Assembly: GCF_006345805.1 (NCBI RefSeq) | Contig: NW_021836514.1 | Span: 1-25,108 of the forward strand | Length of the DNA stretch: 25,108 bases | DNA from: Octopus sinensis | Lineage: Eukaryota | Direction: 5' to 3' | Shown: piece after piece, positions 20,925-25,108 of the stretch | How positions within the stretch are numbered: the first letter of the stretch is position 1 | How the letters are laid out: every line of letters starts with the position of its first letter | Made by a program: the position numbers and the translations under genes | The notes under the pieces: model-generated | Databases searched by the model: none | Told to the model about the DNA's origin: nothing | What the model saw: only the letters and a program-made list of their open reading frames with translations

Positions 20925-21000
20925 GTCTAATATATATATCCATGTATATGTATGCATATGTATATATATTTCTGTATGTGTGTGTGTGTATATATATATA

Positions 21001-21372
21001 CATCATCATCATCGTTTAACGTCCGTTCTCCATGCTAGCATGGGTTGGACTGTTCGACTGGGGATCTGAGAAGCCAGAAGGCTGCACCAGGCTCCGGTCT
21101 TATCTGGCAATGTTTCTACAGCTGGATGCCCTTCCTAACGCCAACCACTCCGTGAGTGTAGTGGGTGCTATTTACGTGCCACCTGCACTGGTGCCAGGCG
21201 AGGCTGGCATTGGCCACGGTCGGATTGGTGCTTTTTACGTGCCACCGACACGAAAGCCAGTCGAGGCGGGGCTGGCATTGGCCACGATTCGGATAGTGCT
21301 TTTTACGTATCTCCAGTCCAGGGGTCCTGGCATCTTCCGGGTGCCAGTCATAGGATTGGTTCAATTTCGATG
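21001..21372 (-). mobile_element. 3' UTR/tail of family A LINE
   Basis: (CAT)n, CCATGCTAGCATGG, CTGGATGCCCTTCCTAACGCCAACC and array units GGTGCTTTTTACGTGCCACC. Confidence 0.92.
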
Positions 21373-21418
21373 ATGATATGTATATATGCATATGCACCTG
21401 GGTATGTGTGTGTGTGTG

Positions 21419-21449
<31 letters not shown>

Positions 21450-21568
21450 ATGTATATATATATTTATATTCATACATACATATATATATGTTCAATATGT
21501 GACCGTGTGTGTATCTTTGGCAATTTTCTTTCTCCGTCTTCCCTTCCTTGGACCTTTCCTTTTTCTAT

Positions 21569-21603
21569 GTTTCTGACGAAGAGCTCCGCTTGAAATGTTA
21601 AAT
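21569..21603 (+). ncRNA. Minimal hammerhead ribozyme-like motif in a Penelope-like repeat (~21490-21700); duplicated at 22684-22718
   Basis: GTTT-CTGACGA-A-GAGC-TCC-GCTT-GAAA-TGTT-AAAT: both core boxes, a short stem II and a 4-bp stem I. Stem III is non-palindromic (ATGT rather than ACGT). Confidence 0.5.
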
Positions 21604-21708
21604 TCTCCTTTCTTTCCCTTCCTGAGCGTCCAATAATACTATACTTGTTCCACGTCCTCGCGTTGTTGTTTTCTTTTTGTTCATGTTTAGAGTAACTAAA
21701 TATATGTA

Positions 21709-22100
21709 TCATCATCATCATTTAATGTCTGTTTTCCATGCTAGCATGGTTTGGACGGTTCAACCAGGGTCTGGGAGGCCAAGGAGGCTGCACCAGGCTC
21801 CAGTCTGATCTAGCAGTGTTTCTACAGCTGGATGCCCTTCCTAATGCCAACCATTCCATGAGTGTAGTGAGAGCTTTTTACGTGCCACCGGCACAGGTGC
21901 CAGGCGAGGCTGGCAACGGCCACGATCGGTTGGTGCTTTTTATGTGCCACTGGCACGGGAGCCAGTCATGGCGGCGCTGGCATCAGCCACATATGGATGG
22001 TGCATTTTACGTGCCACCAGCACAGGTATCACGACTATAATTTCCATTTGATCTTTAGATGTTGATGTACTTCACTCAATAGGTGTCCTCAAGCACAGAG
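21709..22100 (-). mobile_element. 3' UTR/tail of family A LINE (duplicated at ~22823-23210)
   Basis: Tail motifs and three array units on the minus strand. Confidence 0.9.
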
Positions 22101-22154
22101 TCTCCATGAGGAGACCTATTGAGTCAAGTACATATATATTTACATATATGTATA

Positions 22155-22430
22155 TCTATATATATAAAACTGAGAATGTGTGTCTGTCTGTCTGTGTGAA
22201 TCCCTAAAACTTGAGAACTACACAACCAATTTCATTCAAATTTTACACATGCCGTTACTTAGGGTCCATGTAGTGTCATAGGCAAAAAAATTTTTTGACT
22301 TCTTGCCCGCAGCAATGTCATATCTTCTTCACTATTTCAGTATTACATGTTAAAAGTGAAACAAAAACATCTCTCTATTGTAATGTCAAATGCTTTCACT
22401 TTAATAGCGAAATATTAGTGGCATGAACTG
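22155..22430 (+). mobile_element. Helitron-like 5' segment (duplicated from 23267)
   Basis: A|TCTATATATATAAAACTGAGAATGTGTGTCTGTCTGTCTG; homologous to 4344-4617. Confidence 0.6.
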
Positions 22431-23666
22431 AAAGTGAACATCCCTCTTATATGTATGTAATATAAATTTTTCTGAAACTTCAGATGCAACACCACTGGTT
22501 TTAAATCAAATTAATATTCAATTGTTCACCCTTTTTATTTTAAATTTACATTTACATGTGTATATATGTATATATATATTTATATTCATACATACATATT
22601 ATATGTTCAATATGTGACCGTGTGTGTATCTTTGGCAATTTCTCTTTCTCCGTCTTCCCTTCCTTGGACCTTTCCTTTTTCTGTTTTCTGACGAAGAGCT
22701 CCGCTTGAAATGTTAAATTCTCCTTTCTTTCCCTTCCTGAGCGTCCAATAATAATATACTTGTTCCACGTCCTCGCGTGTTGTTTTTCTTTTTGTTCATG
22801 TTTAGAGTAACTAAATATATGTTATCATCATCATCATTTAATGTCTGTTTTCCATGCTAGCATTTTGGACGTTCAACAACCAGGTCTGGGAGGCCAGGAG
22901 GCTGCACCAGCTCCAGTCTGATCTAGCAGTGTTTATCACACAGCTGGATGCCCTTCCTAATGCCAACCATTCCATGAGTGTAGTGAGAGCTTTTTACGTG
23001 CCACCGGCACAGGTGCCAGGCGAGGCTGGCAACGGCCACGATCGGTTGGTGCTTTTTATGTGCCACTGGCACGGGAGCCAGTCATGGCGGCGCTGGCATA
23101 GCCACATATGGATGGTGATTTTACGTGCCACCAGCACAGTATCACGACTATAATTTCCATTTGATCTTGTAGATTTTGATGTACTTCACTCAATAGTGTC
23201 CTCAAGCACAAGTCTCCATGAGGAGACCTATTGAGTCAAGTACATATATATTTACATATATGTATATCTATATTATAAAACTGAGAATGTGTGTCTGTCT
23301 GTCTGTGTGAATCCTAAAACTTTAGAACTACTACACAACCAATTTCATTCAAATTTTACACATGCCGTTACTTAGGGTCCATGTAGTTCATAGGCAAAAA
23401 AATTTTTTGACTTCTTGCCGCAGCAATGTCATATCTTCTTCACTATTTCAGTATTACATGTTAAAAGTGAAACAAAAACATCTCTCTATTGTAATGTCAA
23501 ATGCTTTTCACTTAATAGCGAAATATTAGTGGCATGAACTGAAAGTGAACATCCCTCTTATATGTATGTAATATAAATTTTTCTGACTTCAGATGCACAC
23601 CACTGGTTTTAAAATCAAATAATATTCATTGTTACCCTTTTTATTTTAAATTTACATTTACATGTG

Positions 23667-23698
<32 letters not shown>

Positions 23699-23765
23699 GG
23701 TAAAAACGGTAAGATAACAAAAGAAAGAAAGAGACCTCAATATTATGTAAATAGAGGAAATTTAT

Positions 23766-23884
23766 CTGTAAAATAATATGTGACAATTATTCAATACCCA
23801 AGATAAAACTCTGAGTTTCAGATGCCGAGGTGGAAATCCAGTTTTATCTTGGCTATTGAATAATCGTCACATATTATTTTACAG
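23766..23884. repeat. Fold-back: 45-bp inverted arms with a 29-nt spacer
   Basis: Arms at 23766-23810 and 23840-23884, two mismatches. Confidence 0.93.
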
Positions 23885-23885
23885 T

Positions 23886-23919
<34 letters not shown>

Positions 23920-23975
23920 TGTATATATATGTGTATACATGTATTTCTATACATATAGATGTATATGTGTAGATG

Positions 23976-24006
<31 letters not shown>

Positions 24007-24047
24007 GATGTACATGTAATATGTACACATATATATATACACATATG

Positions 24048-25108
24048 TATTGTATTGGCATCCTTTCTGTCTCGGGAGACAATGGAGTTGCGCATGAAGT
24101 AGTCTAGTCCGGCTTTTATATTTCATGTCCTGATACATTTCCTGTTGTGGCTGTGTAGTCCTATCCTGGACAAACACTCCCTCTGGCAGGTACCGCAAAT
24201 GTAGCGAAGACTGTTCCTGGCTGGTTGTAGTGCCAGTCTCTTGTTTACGTCTCTTCCTTTCTTTCCATTTCTCCTCTCTCTCTCTGTCACTCTTTGTATT
24301 CCTCTTTTACTGTACGTCGCCATTCTCCACGGTTGCCGGCAACTGCCTCCCAATCGCTAATATTGATGTTGCAGGCCTTCATATCCCTTTTGCAAACATC
24401 CTTGTAACGTAAGATCGGTACCACAGACCTAGTACCCCTAGCAAGCTCTCCGTAGAGTATGTCCTTGGGGATTCTGCCATCTTTCATACGGCTAACATGC
24501 CCAAGCCATCTCATACGTCTTTGTGTGAGGAGTGCAAACATGCTTAGTATTCCTGCTTGCCTGAGGACATCTTTGTTGGGGATATGATTTTGCCATTTGA
24601 TGTGGAGGATTTTTCGGAGGCAGCGCAGGTGAAAGATGTTTAGGCGACACTCTTGGCGTGTGTATAGCGTCCAGGTCTCGCTTCCATACAGTAGAGTGCT
24701 GAGTACACATGCCTGGTAGATCTTCATTTTCGTGGTCTTGGTCAGCTTATTGTTGTCCCAAGTCCGTTTGGAGAGTTGGGGCATCACAGCAGCTGCCTTG
24801 CCAATGCGTATCTTGAGCTCAGCGTCAAGGGATAGGTTGTAGGTGACGGTAGAGCCCAGATAGGTAAACTTCTCCACCTCTTGTAATCTGTGGTCTCCAA
24901 TATGTATGTTTGGGATGTCCGATGTAGCCTGGCCCATGATGTTAGTCTTCTTAAGGCTGATAGCTAAGCCAAAGTCGTTACATGCTTGCTCAAAACAGTT
25001 AATGACCCTTTGGAGGGCTTCTTCTGTGTGTGTTACCAGAGCGGCATCATCAGCAAATAACATCTCCTTGATCAGGACGTTTCTGATTTGGTCTTGGCAC
25101 GCAGGCGC
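24048..25108 (-). mobile_element. RTE (BovB-like) LINE, family B: RT C-terminal half, zinc-finger tail and 3' UTR; runs off the window end
   Basis: LFADD, GLAISLKKT, FTYLGS, LLYGSETW and RWLGHV motifs. A frameshifted C-terminus reads YICGTCQRECLSRIGLHSHNRKC. The 3' end CCATTGTCTCCCGAGACAGAAAGGATGCC is followed by CAATA repeats. A further frameshift is near 25087. Confidence 0.92.

Larger units (their letters stand above)
21450..23666. repeat. ~1.11-kb tandem duplication (copy 1 ~21450-22560, copy 2 ~22561-23666)
   Basis: Same order of contents (hammerhead-like repeat, LINE tail, Helitron 5' end); the offset falls from 1115 to 1106 along the unit; differences are mainly 1-3 nt indels. Confidence 0.95.

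Overview
Eukaryotic, AT-rich, repeat-dense genomic DNA; the SINE/LINE families and microsatellite density look like a coleoid cephalopod (Octopus-like), which is an inference from family recognition and not proven. Two host genes sit head-to-head around a ~300-bp promoter (13107-13405). On the minus strand are the first three coding exons of NOL11 (12975-13106, 7884-7997, 3616-3672; all GT-AG, phase 0; the rest is off the left edge). On the plus strand is the probable first coding exon of an unidentified gene with a Ser-rich N-terminus (13406-13940). The rest is mostly intronic repeat: many decayed copies of one RTE-like LINE family, a second RTE (BovB-like) LINE at the right edge, tRNA-derived SINEs, Helitron-like 5' ends, microsatellites and three fold-back structures. 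The most unusual points are (i) a C4HC3 PHD-type finger inserted inside the RT domain of the main LINE family, (ii) a CRISPR-sized modular palindromic array in that family's 3' UTR, (iii) hammerhead-ribozyme-like cores in Penelope-like fragments, two of them tied to inverted repeats, (iv) a near-perfect 165-bp-arm hairpin in NOL11 intron 1, and (v) a 1.1-kb indel-rich tandem duplication that is probably an assembly artefact. No intact transposase, RT, CRISPR locus, rRNA or tRNA gene is supported. Most repeat boundaries were read by eye and are approximate.
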